Origin: Candidatus Collierbacteria bacterium RIFOXYD2_FULL_45_13
Lineage (GTDB): Bacteria > Patescibacteriota > Microgenomatia > UBA1400 > MFAQ01
DNA length: 64,000 nucleotides
Direction of reading: 5' to 3'
Assembly: GCA_001774685.1 (NCBI GenBank)
Contig: MFAS01000001.1
Coordinates: forward strand, 961,252 to 1,025,251
Shown here: piece by piece, positions 37,151-46,748 of the stretch
Position numbering within the stretch: the stretch's first letter is position 1
Layout of the letters: every line of letters starts with the position of its first letter
Program-made: the position numbers and the translations under genes
Notes under the pieces: model-generated
What the model saw: only the letters and a program-made list of their open reading frames with translations
What the model was told of the DNA's origin: nothing
Databases searched by the model: none

Positions 37151-37616
37151 CGGTCAAATATTAATTTCACGGTACCCTCGAGGCTAAAATCTTTAATTGC
37201 ATAATAATCGAGATAATTAGCCTCATTATCCGCGTGAAATAATTATATTCCGCAAGCAGATACGGTATATAATGATACACAAATCTCAAATATAGAATCT
37301 TCAACATAAAACCTTCATTCCCCGCAAGCTATCCATCATTTCACCGCATCTTTACGCAGACACTTGACTTAATCACATTTTCTTTTTATATTAGTATATA
37401 TACGTATAATGTTGTCTAATATGAACCTAATTTCGAGTTATCAACAATTTCAAAAACAATGTTAATTAATGATTTCTCGAGCCAAAATTATCTTCAGGAG
37501 AAATCCACGGATCACATCTCGCCCATCGAACTTATTTCTGCCGGTATGATCTTCATCCTTCCGATTGTTTTTTTACTAATTATCTCTGCCTCCTGACTTA
37601 AGCTAAGTCAACGCTA

Positions 37617-40600
37617 ATGGTCCTGCCCAACCAAGTCGAACTGCTAAAACATTTCTCTTCTTTCCTATTCGAAGCCGGGCTTTCTTCTGTATCGATCAAA
37701 AATTATCTCTCCGATGTTCGTCATTTTCTAAGCTTTTCACAATCACTTCCGGGTGTTTCGATGGAGCAAATCTTTAGCAAGATCACTGAATTCCTCCCAC
37801 CATACCTGGAAGCTCAACAATCTACCTATACCCCAAAGTCCACTACCAACCGTCGTCTAGCCTCTATCCGGCGTTTCGCCACCTTTCTAAGCGTGAAATA
37901 TGACATTAGCGATTTTTTCACGCAACAAAATATATCAAACAAGAGCAATCAAATTTTGTCCTGGCCCCATATCAACGGATCCAGGGAACCAACTCAAACC
38001 AGATCAGCTCCTATTCCGACACCTGATGAAGACAATAATCATCTCCATGTTTCTTCGAAGACCATGTCCTCCGATAAAATCCTGGAGCAGTTCAAGACCT
38101 CACTGGAAAAAGAAAAAAAGACCCACTCCACCATCAAAAACTATCTCTCGGATCTCAATCACTTCTTCCTGTGGACTGCTAACCAAACACCCTTCACCAC
38201 ACAAAATCTCTTGAATATTTTGAGTGAATCTCAATTACAGGCCTACATCACTTACCTCAAACTAAGTCATACCAGCACATCGGTCCTCAGCCGTCGGCAA
38301 TCCTCAATCAAGAAGTTAGCTCGATTTTGTTTGAGTGAAGGCTACATACCCAAGAACCCCTTTGAAATCAAGCAAGCACCTCAGAAAATTGCCCCCCTAG
38401 CTTGGATTGAAAGACTATCTCACAAGGCCAAGAAGCCTTCTAAGGGCCCTAAAAACATTTTTGTCCTCTGGTATGACAGATACAATGCACTTTCTTGGAC
38501 CCCATATCTAAACGTTGCCCACCTCGTATTGGCCACCACAGCCATGGCTATTTTTGCCTACAACCAGATTATTGGTCAGACTAGACCTAGCGCCGCCGCC
38601 ACCGCCCTGACCCCACCCAGAAGACAGCTGTCTTTTCAGGGTAGACTGACAGACTCCTCCGGCACTCCCATCACCACTTCTGTCAACGTTGTCTTTAAGC
38701 TCTTCAACCAGCTGGCTCCTCCTGGAACCCAGCTGTACACTTCCGGCACCTGTTCCATCACCCCGGACCAAAGCGGTATCTTTAATTCCTTAATTGGCGA
38801 CGGGGTCTGTGGCTCCGAAATCGGCTCATCTGTTTTCACAGACAATCGGGACGTTTTCTTGGAGATTACCATTGGAGCGGAAACCCTTACCCCCAGACAA
38901 CAAATTGCCACCGTTGGTTATGCCCTCAACTCCGAAACCCTCCAGGGGTATCCGGCATCCGCCTCGGCAACCATCAACACTGTCCCCGTTGTTGACAACA
39001 GTGGCAATATCACCATCGCCGCCTCGTCACCCTCCATAGTTTCCACTTCCGGTACTTTTACAGTGAAGGGCCAAAGCCTCGCCCTGACCACCGCCGCTAA
39101 CTCCGGCGGTGACATTGTTCTTCAGCCGGACTCCATAGGCTCCGGTCAAATATTGGCCATCGGTGGCACCACTACCGAAGATTCTCTTAGGGTAACTAAT
39201 GCAAACTTGACAGGCGGCACACTTATCTCCGGTTACGTTGGTAACAATACGGCCACCGGCAGAATCCTTTCGCTTACTTCGGGGTCCACTGAAACAGATC
39301 GGTTCTGGGTGGCTACCGACGGACGCACCGGCATCTTTGCCTCCGACGCCGACACTGCGCTGATTGTGAACCAAACCAGTACCGGTAATCTTATCTCTGC
39401 CTCGGTTTCCGGCTCACCGGTCTTCACGGTAACCAACGGAGGCAACGTCGATATCACCGGTCAGTATTTGATAAACGGCACACCTATTGGCAGCGGTAGC
39501 AACTGGCAGCTTACCTCCGGCTCTCTCACCCCTCTTCAAATAACCAATTCCATCAACATCGGAGCCATCGCCACCGCCTCCGCTCTGGTCCACCTCGCCG
39601 GAACTTCCGGAGAAAATTCATGGATCAACACCGGCAACTTTGGTATCGGGACTACCAATCCGTCGGAAAAACTGAACGTGTCCGGCAATGTCAAACTAAC
39701 CGGTAACCTTCTGGCTACAACCGATAACACCCAAGATCTAGGTGACTCTACCAACAGCTGGTCCAGACTCTATTTATATACCGGCATCAACGACAAAGAT
39801 GGTACAGAGGTCATCTCTACACTCAACAAACGCCTTACCGGAGGATCGGCTTGGAATATCGTTGAAGGTGCCAGACTTGGCGACATCAACGCTATCACCG
39901 CAGGCTATAAATTAGATGTCGTCGGCAATGCCACCGCTTCGGGAAATATCAGTCTAGGTGGACAGCTCCAAGTTGGTCGTTTTGCAGTAGCCCCGACCTC
40001 CCTCGGTTCCGGTTCCATGTACTTCAATACCACCACCACTACCGGTAACTCTAATCCAAATACAGAAACCCCTGGAACCACCGGCAGTCTTTTTGTTTAT
40101 GGTGTAGATAATGCCTATCACCGACTGGCTATGGACATGACTCAATACTCCAGTAACAGTGCCAATATCGCCAATCAAAGCTATATTGAAGTGGCTCACA
40201 ACCAAAACACCAACGACATTTCTCTAACTGCCTGGGTCTACAACAGCGCCACCACCCTCTGGCAAAAAATCAATGATTATTTAGCGAAGTCAGTTACTCA
40301 TGATCTAGATAACGAGTTTAATCCTCCTTTCACTCAAAAAATGAAGACTTCAACTGTCGCCATTGATTACAATGAAAATGATCTGGGCAATGGAGCCGAC
40401 GGAGCGGCTAGTATTTCTACCGATCGCAACCTCAATACCACGAATATCAATAACAACTGTACGACCGATGGGGGCGACGCCGTCAACTACTCTGTTACAG
40501 CCCTCACTAGTACCACTGCCACTCTCGAATCTACTCCAGGTGCAGGATGTCTTGAGGCAGGTGACGAAATTCTCCTCATCAACCTGCAGGGAGGCACCGC

Positions 40601-43600
40601 CGCCTACTCCAATGTAGGTAACTATGAAACTCTGCGGGTTAGTAGTGTCTCTACCAACGTCGTCACTTTCACGGCTGCCAAAACCAAATTCTACGGCGCA
40701 GGTGCGAGCGACGACACGAGCATTGGTTTGTCCGCCGGCAATCAAATCGTCATGCTCCAGAGAGTCCCCAACTATACTGATGTGACTATTTCTACTGCCG
40801 GTACGGACCTCATCGTTGACGACTGGGTTGTCCCTGGCGGCGTCGCTAATAACGGTGCTGGGGAAGGTGGCGTCATGTTCTTTAGAGCCAGCGGCACCGT
40901 TACTGTCAACTCCGGTACTACCATTAACACCAACGGCAAGGGTTACATCTTAGGAACTGCCCAAACCAGTAGTACTGTCGCCGCTGACGGAGGTGAGGCT
41001 TTTTGTAATACTGATGGCGGTGGAGACGCAGGTATCGATAATGGTGCCGGCTCAACCGGTAACTGTGGAGGAGGTGGAGGTGGTGGGGCCGCCAGTGGAG
41101 GAGCCGGTAGTGGCTCAGCTTCACTTGGTGGTGGAGGTGGAGCGGGTGGTGAATCTACCGGCACTACCGCCAACGCCGGAGGAGGTGGTGGTGGTGGGTA
41201 CGGATCTGCGGGTAATGGAGGCTCTTCCACCAGTGCTGCCGGGTCCAACGGTGGCACCAACTCCAGCGGCAACGGTGGAGCAGCCGGAGCCAATCACGGT
41301 GGAGGTGGAGGTGGTGGTGGCACCTATGGAGACACAACCCTGGCCGACCTTTACTTTGGTTCTTCAGGTGGTGGTGGTGGCATGAACGAAACCGACGGTG
41401 ATGCTGGAGGGAACGGGGGTGATGGAGGTGGTATCGTCTATATCGCCGCCAACACGATCACTGTTTCTAGTACTGGAGTCATTCAAGCTAATGGCACTGC
41501 TGGCTCCGCCGGCACAGGTGATGGAGGTGGGGGTGGAGGTGGCGCGGGTGGATCAGTCAAACTAGTGGGTAATACCCTCACGCTAGGCACCTCGCTCGTG
41601 ACGGCCAGTGGCGGCGCGGCTGGTGGATCTGGTAGCGGAGTTGGAGGTGGAGCTGGGGGCGATGGGCGGATTGCCAGTTACTATGCTACATCAATTACTG
41701 GTACCACTTCCCCTACCAAAAACGACTACACCCTTTCGTATAACACATATGCTGTCTATGTGTCTGAAGAAATCAATACTCCCAGCGCCACGAGTTTTGG
41801 TAACTTAAGTTGGACCGAAACACTCCCAGCCTCAACTAATATCCAGTTCCAAACTCGTTCCGGCAACACTCCCGACTCTACCGATGGGACCTGGGAAACC
41901 TGGAAGCCTTCAACTGTCACTACCAACTATGTTGACCTCCAAACCATGAATACCCATACGGACTGGACCGGTACTAATGCCACCGTGGCCGATGGCGATA
42001 TCACTCGCAACGTCGACTATTACGAAGACGAAGACGAATTTACTGCGGACAACCTCACCAAGATCACCTCCACTGCCGCAGGTGGATACGCCGAAGACAC
42101 CATTTCTTCCACTGATATTTCTACGCACGAATACATTAGCGCTTGGGTCTACTCGGTAGGAGGAGGTAATGTTCTCACTCTTGGTTTTGGTGAAGCTGCT
42201 GCTACCGAACAAACTGAAACCGTTACGGTTGACGCTGGTAGTACCTGGCAAAAAGTCTACTGGGATATCTCGGATGTCACTGGCACTGCCAGAAATGCCG
42301 TGACAAAACTAAGAATCACACTCACCACCAACAGTAATACGGTTTACGTCGACAACATCAAAGCCGAAAAAACGCTTCTGACCACACCAGCCGGTTCTGC
42401 CATTACTTCTACCGCCAATAACTATATTCAATACCGAGCAATTTTAACGACCACCAATACTGCCAATCAACCCTACTTCTCAGGAGTTCAGTTAGCCTAT
42501 ACCAACCCAGTTAGTACCTACACGATTGACGCCAATCGCATCCGCCAACTCAACAATGTCGATTACTACACTTCAGGCAGACTCCAAGTCACCGAAAGTG
42601 AGCTAGACAACTACAAAAGTATCCACACCGAAACGGCGCTCACCAGCATCACCCAAAACGCCGCCCTTGACCCGGGAACCGGTGCCGACGGAGCTATCAC
42701 TGTCACCACAGACACTTCTATCAACACTACTTCCTTAATTAGCGGTCGCTCGTGTGCCGATGGCGGAGACGCGGTTAATTACAACGTCACGTCCCTCACT
42801 AGTACTACCGCCGTTCTCGAATCAACTCCCTCAACCGGCTGTCTCGCCGTTGGTGACGAAGTCTTACTGATCAACCTCCAAGGAGGCTCGTCTGCCACCA
42901 GCAACGTTGGTAACTACGAAACCCTTAGGGTTAGTAGTGTCGTCGGAGCTACCGTCACCTTCACAACCGCCAAAACCAAATTTTATGGCGCCAATGAGGG
43001 CGATGATACAAGCATTGGTATTTCGGCAGGATCGCAAATTGTCATGCTCCAGCGCGTCCCCAACTATACCAACGTCACTATCTCGGGTTCCGGCATCGAT
43101 TTTTACCCCGACGACTGGGCTACACCCGATGGAGGAGTAACCAGTGGACCTGGTGAAGGTGGTGTCATGTTCTTTAGAGCCTCAGGTACTGTCACGGTTG
43201 GTAGTAATGCGACGATTCACGCCAACGGCAAAGGTTACATCTTGGGGAGTGGTCAAACCAGTAGCACTGCTACCTCTGACGGAGGTGAAGCATTCTGCAA
43301 TGCCGACGGGGGTGGAGACGGAGGTATTGACGATGCCGCTGGTTCTACAGGAAACTGTGGAGGTGGAGGTGGAGGTGGAGCCGCCAGTGGAGGAGCGGGC
43401 AGTGGCTCAGCCTCACTTGGTGGTGGTGGTGGAGGTGGAGGTGAAGCTACAGTCACGACGGCCAACGGTGGAGGTGGTGGTGGTGGAGGGTACGGAACTG
43501 CTGGTAACGGTGGTAATTCAAGTACTGCCGGTGGAGATGGCTCCAACGGTGGCACCAACTCCAGTGGTAACGGTGGAGCGGCCGGAACTCAGCATGGAGG

Positions 43601-46600
43601 TGGTGGTGGTGGTGGAGGCACTTACGGAGAAACAGCCCTCGATGACCTTTACTTCGGTTCTTCTGGTGGTGGTGGTGGCATGAATGAAATTGATCTAGAG
43701 GCTGGCGACGGAGGAGGTGATGGTGCGGGCATTGTTTTCATCGCCGCCAACACGATTAGTGTATCCGGCAATATTCAATCCAATGGTAGTGCAGGGACTG
43801 AAACTGGGGGTGCCAACGGCGGTGGAGGTGGAGGTGGTGCGGGAGGGTCCATCAAGTTGATCGGCAATGCTCTTAGTCTCGGCTCTTCTCTAGTCACTGC
43901 CACGGGTGGTAGTGGCAGTACTAACTCTGGCGGAGTAGCTGGAGGCAATGGAGGAACCGGCAGAATCGCAACATATTATGTTTCCTCTACTGCTGGGACT
44001 ACCGACCCTGGAGCCAACCTCGCAAGCGTGAGTGCTAATAACTATGCCATTTTTATCTCCGACGAGATTCCTACTCCAAATGCCACCAACTTGGACAAAC
44101 TCAGTTTCAGTTTTGACCAAAACCTTTACGGTCAGGTCCAGTTCCAAACCAGATCCGGCAAAAGTAACAACGCCACCGACGGCTCATGGGAAATATGGAA
44201 GCCAGTCGTAGTCAACACCAACATCAAGACTCTCAATGCCATGGACGCCACCGGAGATTGGTCGGTTACTAGTTTGAGTGCCGCCGCCGACGGTGTTCTA
44301 GCCCGGAATGTGGATGAGTTTGAGGACGAAGATATCACCAACGCGGCCAACAAAAGCGTCAAATTCGGTTCAGTTGGCTCCGCCAATGGGTATGCGGAAG
44401 ACACTATTTCGTCGACCGATCTTTCCAACTATGATCTGATTTCAGCTTGGATCTATGCGACTAGCTCCGGTAACATCGTCAAACTAGGTTTTGGAGAATC
44501 AGCTGGCAATGAACAAGAAGAAACCTTTACGGTTGACACTGCCAACACCTGGCAAAAAGTTTATTGGGACATCACCGATATTGATGAATCACTCCGCAAT
44601 GCAGTGACGAAACTTCGTGTCTCCATTCTCTCCACCAATACAACTGTATATGTCGACAGCCTCCAGGCAGAAAGACTAATGAATACGGCTTCGGGGTACG
44701 TCATTACCTCTACTCCCAACGAGTACCTCCAGTATCGGGCCATCTTGACCACCACCAATAGTGCTTTCCGACCCAAACTGTACAATATCAAAATTGATTG
44801 GAGTAATGGTTATAAAATTGAACAAACAACGGCGAACTCTGTCCGACTCTATAATTTTTCCGGGCAAACACAACAAATCCGACTAGACGCCATAGTCTTC
44901 GGAGCTGACTTGGCCGAATGGTATAGTGTCAACGATTCCAGCATAGAAGCCGGCGAACTAGTTGCCATCACTGGCGCCTTAGATGATTTTGGGGTTCCCT
45001 ATCTTAGAAAAACTAATCAAAAAAATGACCGCAACATCCTCGGTGTTATCTCCACCAAAGCCGGACAAACGCTTGGTGTCGAAGGAGAAAACCGCCGTCT
45101 TCTGGCACTAGCTGGCCGGGTTCCGGTCAAAATAGACCTCAGCAGTCCCAGTATAAAGGCGGGCGATTATCTTACCGCTTCCGACAAACCGGGTCTGGCC
45201 AAAAAAGCTCGTCCGGGAGAGATGACCATCGGCCGCGCTTTTGAGTCTTGGAACCGAGAGGCTCCTACCTCTACTGTTCTAACTATTGTTCAACAACCCT
45301 CAGAAACTCCGGAAGTTGATCTTTCTCAATCCGTTATTTCCATTGCCAAAGATACTTGGGAAGTCTGGAACCAGACAGCTAACATTGCCATCACTCGTCT
45401 GGCCTCTTTCTCCGAAGTAGTCACCGGTCGATTAACCGCCGGACTTACCACCACCAATCAATTACAAGTTGAGACCATCACCTCACTTGCCTCAGGCAGT
45501 GCCATTACCATAAATAGTCCTGTGATTATTCGATCCGGAATACTAGCAACCACCCTCTCCGCACAAACCATCAATTCCGATACACTAAATGTCAAAAACA
45601 TTACCACTGATTCAATTACCGCCAACACCATTATCGGATTGGATGCCAAGGTAGCCAGTCTCTCGGCCGGATGGAGTACCAAACTTTCCGAATCGGAAAT
45701 AGAAACTCTCACCGGTCAAATCGTGCTCCAATTAGCAAACTCCAGCCAACAGTTTTCCGAATTCACCCAAGCGACCGTCGCCAACTTCCAAGCCGGTGTT
45801 TCCGTAATCGGAGAACTCGTCACTGAAAACCTCACCGTTCGTACCAGGCTGATCACCCCCATCGCTGATATCGACCAACTAAAAGTGATTGATGCCACTA
45901 TCTCCGGCACTCTTTATGCCGACAACATTAAGGGAAAAACCGTCGACACTCTTAACCTTCAGCTCGACCTATTAAACGAAAAGTATTCAACCGCCTCAGC
46001 TATCTTAGCCGACCTCCAATCCAGATATTCCTCCTACGACTCTCTCCTCGGGAATCTTCAAACGGCCACCGACTCGGCAGATCCACTGGCTCTCTCTCCC
46101 CTAGCTACCGTTTCTGCCTCCTTCCCCTCCGATATGGCTTTAGAATCCCTGACTTCCCGCCTGATCTTTACCAATGACGTTCTGGCCAGCGGTTCTGTCC
46201 TAGCACAATCCTTTAGCTCGATCGATTCCGATCTTTATATCCAACCCACCGGCGATAAGCCCATCCACCTTCTCGCCAATCTTATGACCTTGTACCCCGA
46301 CGGCAAAGTAGCTATCAATGGAGATCTTCTTATCTCCGGCACTATCTTCGCCAATAGTTTAGACACACGAACGGCCACCGTCTCGGGATCGTTGGCTGTC
46401 GGACAAGGTAACTTTGGCCAGTTAACTACCGGCGGCTTGATCATCGCCTCCGACAATCCAGATCAGTCCTCGAGCATTTCCGCTCAAGTCAGTTCCAATA
46501 CCACCATTGGCACCGCCACCATCGCCACTGGATCTTCAGAAATTGTTATCGCCAACAACAAAGTTACCGATGACACCCTCATCTACATCACCCCGGTCTC

Positions 46601-46733
46601 CGATACTAGCAATCAAGTCCTCTTTGTCAAATCCAAACAATCCGGTGTTGGTTTCACTGTGGCGGTGCCAGGTAACTCTGATCAGATAAAACAAGAAATC
46701 TCTTTCAACTACTGGCTAGTCAAAACAAAGTAA
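37617..46733 (+). CDS. giant (3038 aa) membrane protein: two cytoplasmic integrase-type SAM-like core-binding domains, one TM helix, Gly-rich repetitive ectodomain
   Basis: Residues 1-110 and 150-260 each carry an F..FL...GLS..(S/T)IKNYLSD(V/L)(R/N)HF motif like XerC/D N-termini. TM helix LNVAHLVLATTAMAIFAYNQII. GGGGGG tracts and two diverged tandem units of about 2.2 kb. Confidence 0.8.
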   Translation: MVLPNQVELLKHFSSFLFEAGLSSVSIKNYLSDVRHFLSFSQSLPGVSMEQIFSKITEFLPPYLEAQQSTYTPKSTTNRRLASIRRFATFLSVKYDISDFFTQQNISNKSNQILSWPHINGSREPTQTRSAPIPTPDEDNNHLHVSSKTMSSDKILEQFKTSLEKEKKTHSTIKNYLSDLNHFFLWTANQTPFTTQNLLNILSESQLQAYITYLKLSHTSTSVLSRRQSSIKKLARFCLSEGYIPKNPFEIKQAPQKIAPLAWIERLSHKAKKPSKGPKNIFVLWYDRYNALSWTPYLNVAHLVLATTAMAIFAYNQIIGQTRPSAAATALTPPRRQLSFQGRLTDSSGTPITTSVNVVFKLFNQLAPPGTQLYTSGTCSITPDQSGIFNSLIGDGVCGSEIGSSVFTDNRDVFLEITIGAETLTPRQQIATVGYALNSETLQGYPASASATINTVPVVDNSGNITIAASSPSIVSTSGTFTVKGQSLALTTAANSGGDIVLQPDSIGSGQILAIGGTTTEDSLRVTNANLTGGTLISGYVGNNTATGRILSLTSGSTETDRFWVATDGRTGIFASDADTALIVNQTSTGNLISASVSGSPVFTVTNGGNVDITGQYLINGTPIGSGSNWQLTSGSLTPLQITNSINIGAIATASALVHLAGTSGENSWINTGNFGIGTTNPSEKLNVSGNVKLTGNLLATTDNTQDLGDSTNSWSRLYLYTGINDKDGTEVISTLNKRLTGGSAWNIVEGARLGDINAITAGYKLDVVGNATASGNISLGGQLQVGRFAVAPTSLGSGSMYFNTTTTTGNSNPNTETPGTTGSLFVYGVDNAYHRLAMDMTQYSSNSANIANQSYIEVAHNQNTNDISLTAWVYNSATTLWQKINDYLAKSVTHDLDNEFNPPFTQKMKTSTVAIDYNENDLGNGADGAASISTDRNLNTTNINNNCTTDGGDAVNYSVTALTSTTATLESTPGAGCLEAGDEILLINLQGGTAAYSNVGNYETLRVSSVSTNVVTFTAAKTKFYGAGASDDTSIGLSAGNQIVMLQRVPNYTDVTISTAGTDLIVDDWVVPGGVANNGAGEGGVMFFRASGTVTVNSGTTINTNGKGYILGTAQTSSTVAADGGEAFCNTDGGGDAGIDNGAGSTGNCGGGGGGGAASGGAGSGSASLGGGGGAGGESTGTTANAGGGGGGGYGSAGNGGSSTSAAGSNGGTNSSGNGGAAGANHGGGGGGGGTYGDTTLADLYFGSSGGGGGMNETDGDAGGNGGDGGGIVYIAANTITVSSTGVIQANGTAGSAGTGDGGGGGGGAGGSVKLVGNTLTLGTSLVTASGGAAGGSGSGVGGGAGGDGRIASYYATSITGTTSPTKNDYTLSYNTYAVYVSEEINTPSATSFGNLSWTETLPASTNIQFQTRSGNTPDSTDGTWETWKPSTVTTNYVDLQTMNTHTDWTGTNATVADGDITRNVDYYEDEDEFTADNLTKITSTAAGGYAEDTISSTDISTHEYISAWVYSVGGGNVLTLGFGEAAATEQTETVTVDAGSTWQKVYWDISDVTGTARNAVTKLRITLTTNSNTVYVDNIKAEKTLLTTPAGSAITSTANNYIQYRAILTTTNTANQPYFSGVQLAYTNPVSTYTIDANRIRQLNNVDYYTSGRLQVTESELDNYKSIHTETALTSITQNAALDPGTGADGAITVTTDTSINTTSLISGRSCADGGDAVNYNVTSLTSTTAVLESTPSTGCLAVGDEVLLINLQGGSSATSNVGNYETLRVSSVVGATVTFTTAKTKFYGANEGDDTSIGISAGSQIVMLQRVPNYTNVTISGSGIDFYPDDWATPDGGVTSGPGEGGVMFFRASGTVTVGSNATIHANGKGYILGSGQTSSTATSDGGEAFCNADGGGDGGIDDAAGSTGNCGGGGGGGAASGGAGSGSASLGGGGGGGGEATVTTANGGGGGGGGYGTAGNGGNSSTAGGDGSNGGTNSSGNGGAAGTQHGGGGGGGGTYGETALDDLYFGSSGGGGGMNEIDLEAGDGGGDGAGIVFIAANTISVSGNIQSNGSAGTETGGANGGGGGGGAGGSIKLIGNALSLGSSLVTATGGSGSTNSGGVAGGNGGTGRIATYYVSSTAGTTDPGANLASVSANNYAIFISDEIPTPNATNLDKLSFSFDQNLYGQVQFQTRSGKSNNATDGSWEIWKPVVVNTNIKTLNAMDATGDWSVTSLSAAADGVLARNVDEFEDEDITNAANKSVKFGSVGSANGYAEDTISSTDLSNYDLISAWIYATSSGNIVKLGFGESAGNEQEETFTVDTANTWQKVYWDITDIDESLRNAVTKLRVSILSTNTTVYVDSLQAERLMNTASGYVITSTPNEYLQYRAILTTTNSAFRPKLYNIKIDWSNGYKIEQTTANSVRLYNFSGQTQQIRLDAIVFGADLAEWYSVNDSSIEAGELVAITGALDDFGVPYLRKTNQKNDRNILGVISTKAGQTLGVEGENRRLLALAGRVPVKIDLSSPSIKAGDYLTASDKPGLAKKARPGEMTIGRAFESWNREAPTSTVLTIVQQPSETPEVDLSQSVISIAKDTWEVWNQTANIAITRLASFSEVVTGRLTAGLTTTNQLQVETITSLASGSAITINSPVIIRSGILATTLSAQTINSDTLNVKNITTDSITANTIIGLDAKVASLSAGWSTKLSESEIETLTGQIVLQLANSSQQFSEFTQATVANFQAGVSVIGELVTENLTVRTRLITPIADIDQLKVIDATISGTLYADNIKGKTVDTLNLQLDLLNEKYSTASAILADLQSRYSSYDSLLGNLQTATDSADPLALSPLATVSASFPSDMALESLTSRLIFTNDVLASGSVLAQSFSSIDSDLYIQPTGDKPIHLLANLMTLYPDGKVAINGDLLISGTIFANSLDTRTATVSGSLAVGQGNFGQLTTGGLIIASDNPDQSSSISAQVSSNTTIGTATIATGSSEIVIANNKVTDDTLIYITPVSDTSNQVLFVKSKQSGVGFTVAVPGNSDQIKQEISFNYWLVKTK
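40370..42560 (+). repeat. internal tandem unit 1 of the giant ORF (about 2.2 kb, diverged; approximate bounds)
   Basis: DGGDAVNYSVTALTSTTATLESTPGAGCLEAGDEILLINLQGG...VMLQRVPNYTDVTIS...GGGGGG blocks...AILTTTNTANQPYF is recapitulated at 42660..44830. Confidence 0.5.
42660..44830 (+). repeat. internal tandem unit 2 of the giant ORF (approximate bounds)
   Basis: DGGDAVNYNVTSLTSTTAVLESTPSTGCLAVGDEVLLINLQGG...VMLQRVPNYTNVTIS...GGGGGG blocks...AILTTTNSAFRPKL. Confidence 0.5.
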
Positions 46734-46748
46734 CGGGATAAATGTACA

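Noticed and set aside
36902-37616. tRNA or other structured RNA in the long AT-rich spacer
   Set aside because: A TTCGAA-containing stretch at about 36905 cannot be folded into a T-arm or acceptor stem. No conserved ncRNA motif recognised.
40943-41293. Pro-rich 116-aa ORF on the minus strand (and its twin at 43253..43558)
   Set aside because: Exact antisense of the GGN (poly-Gly) tracts of the giant plus-strand ORF. A compositional artefact, not a gene.
40370-44830. Possible CRISPR array or non-coding tandem repeats
   Set aside because: Repeats are long, diverged, in frame and protein-coding. No short identical repeats with unique spacers anywhere in the window, and no cas genes.
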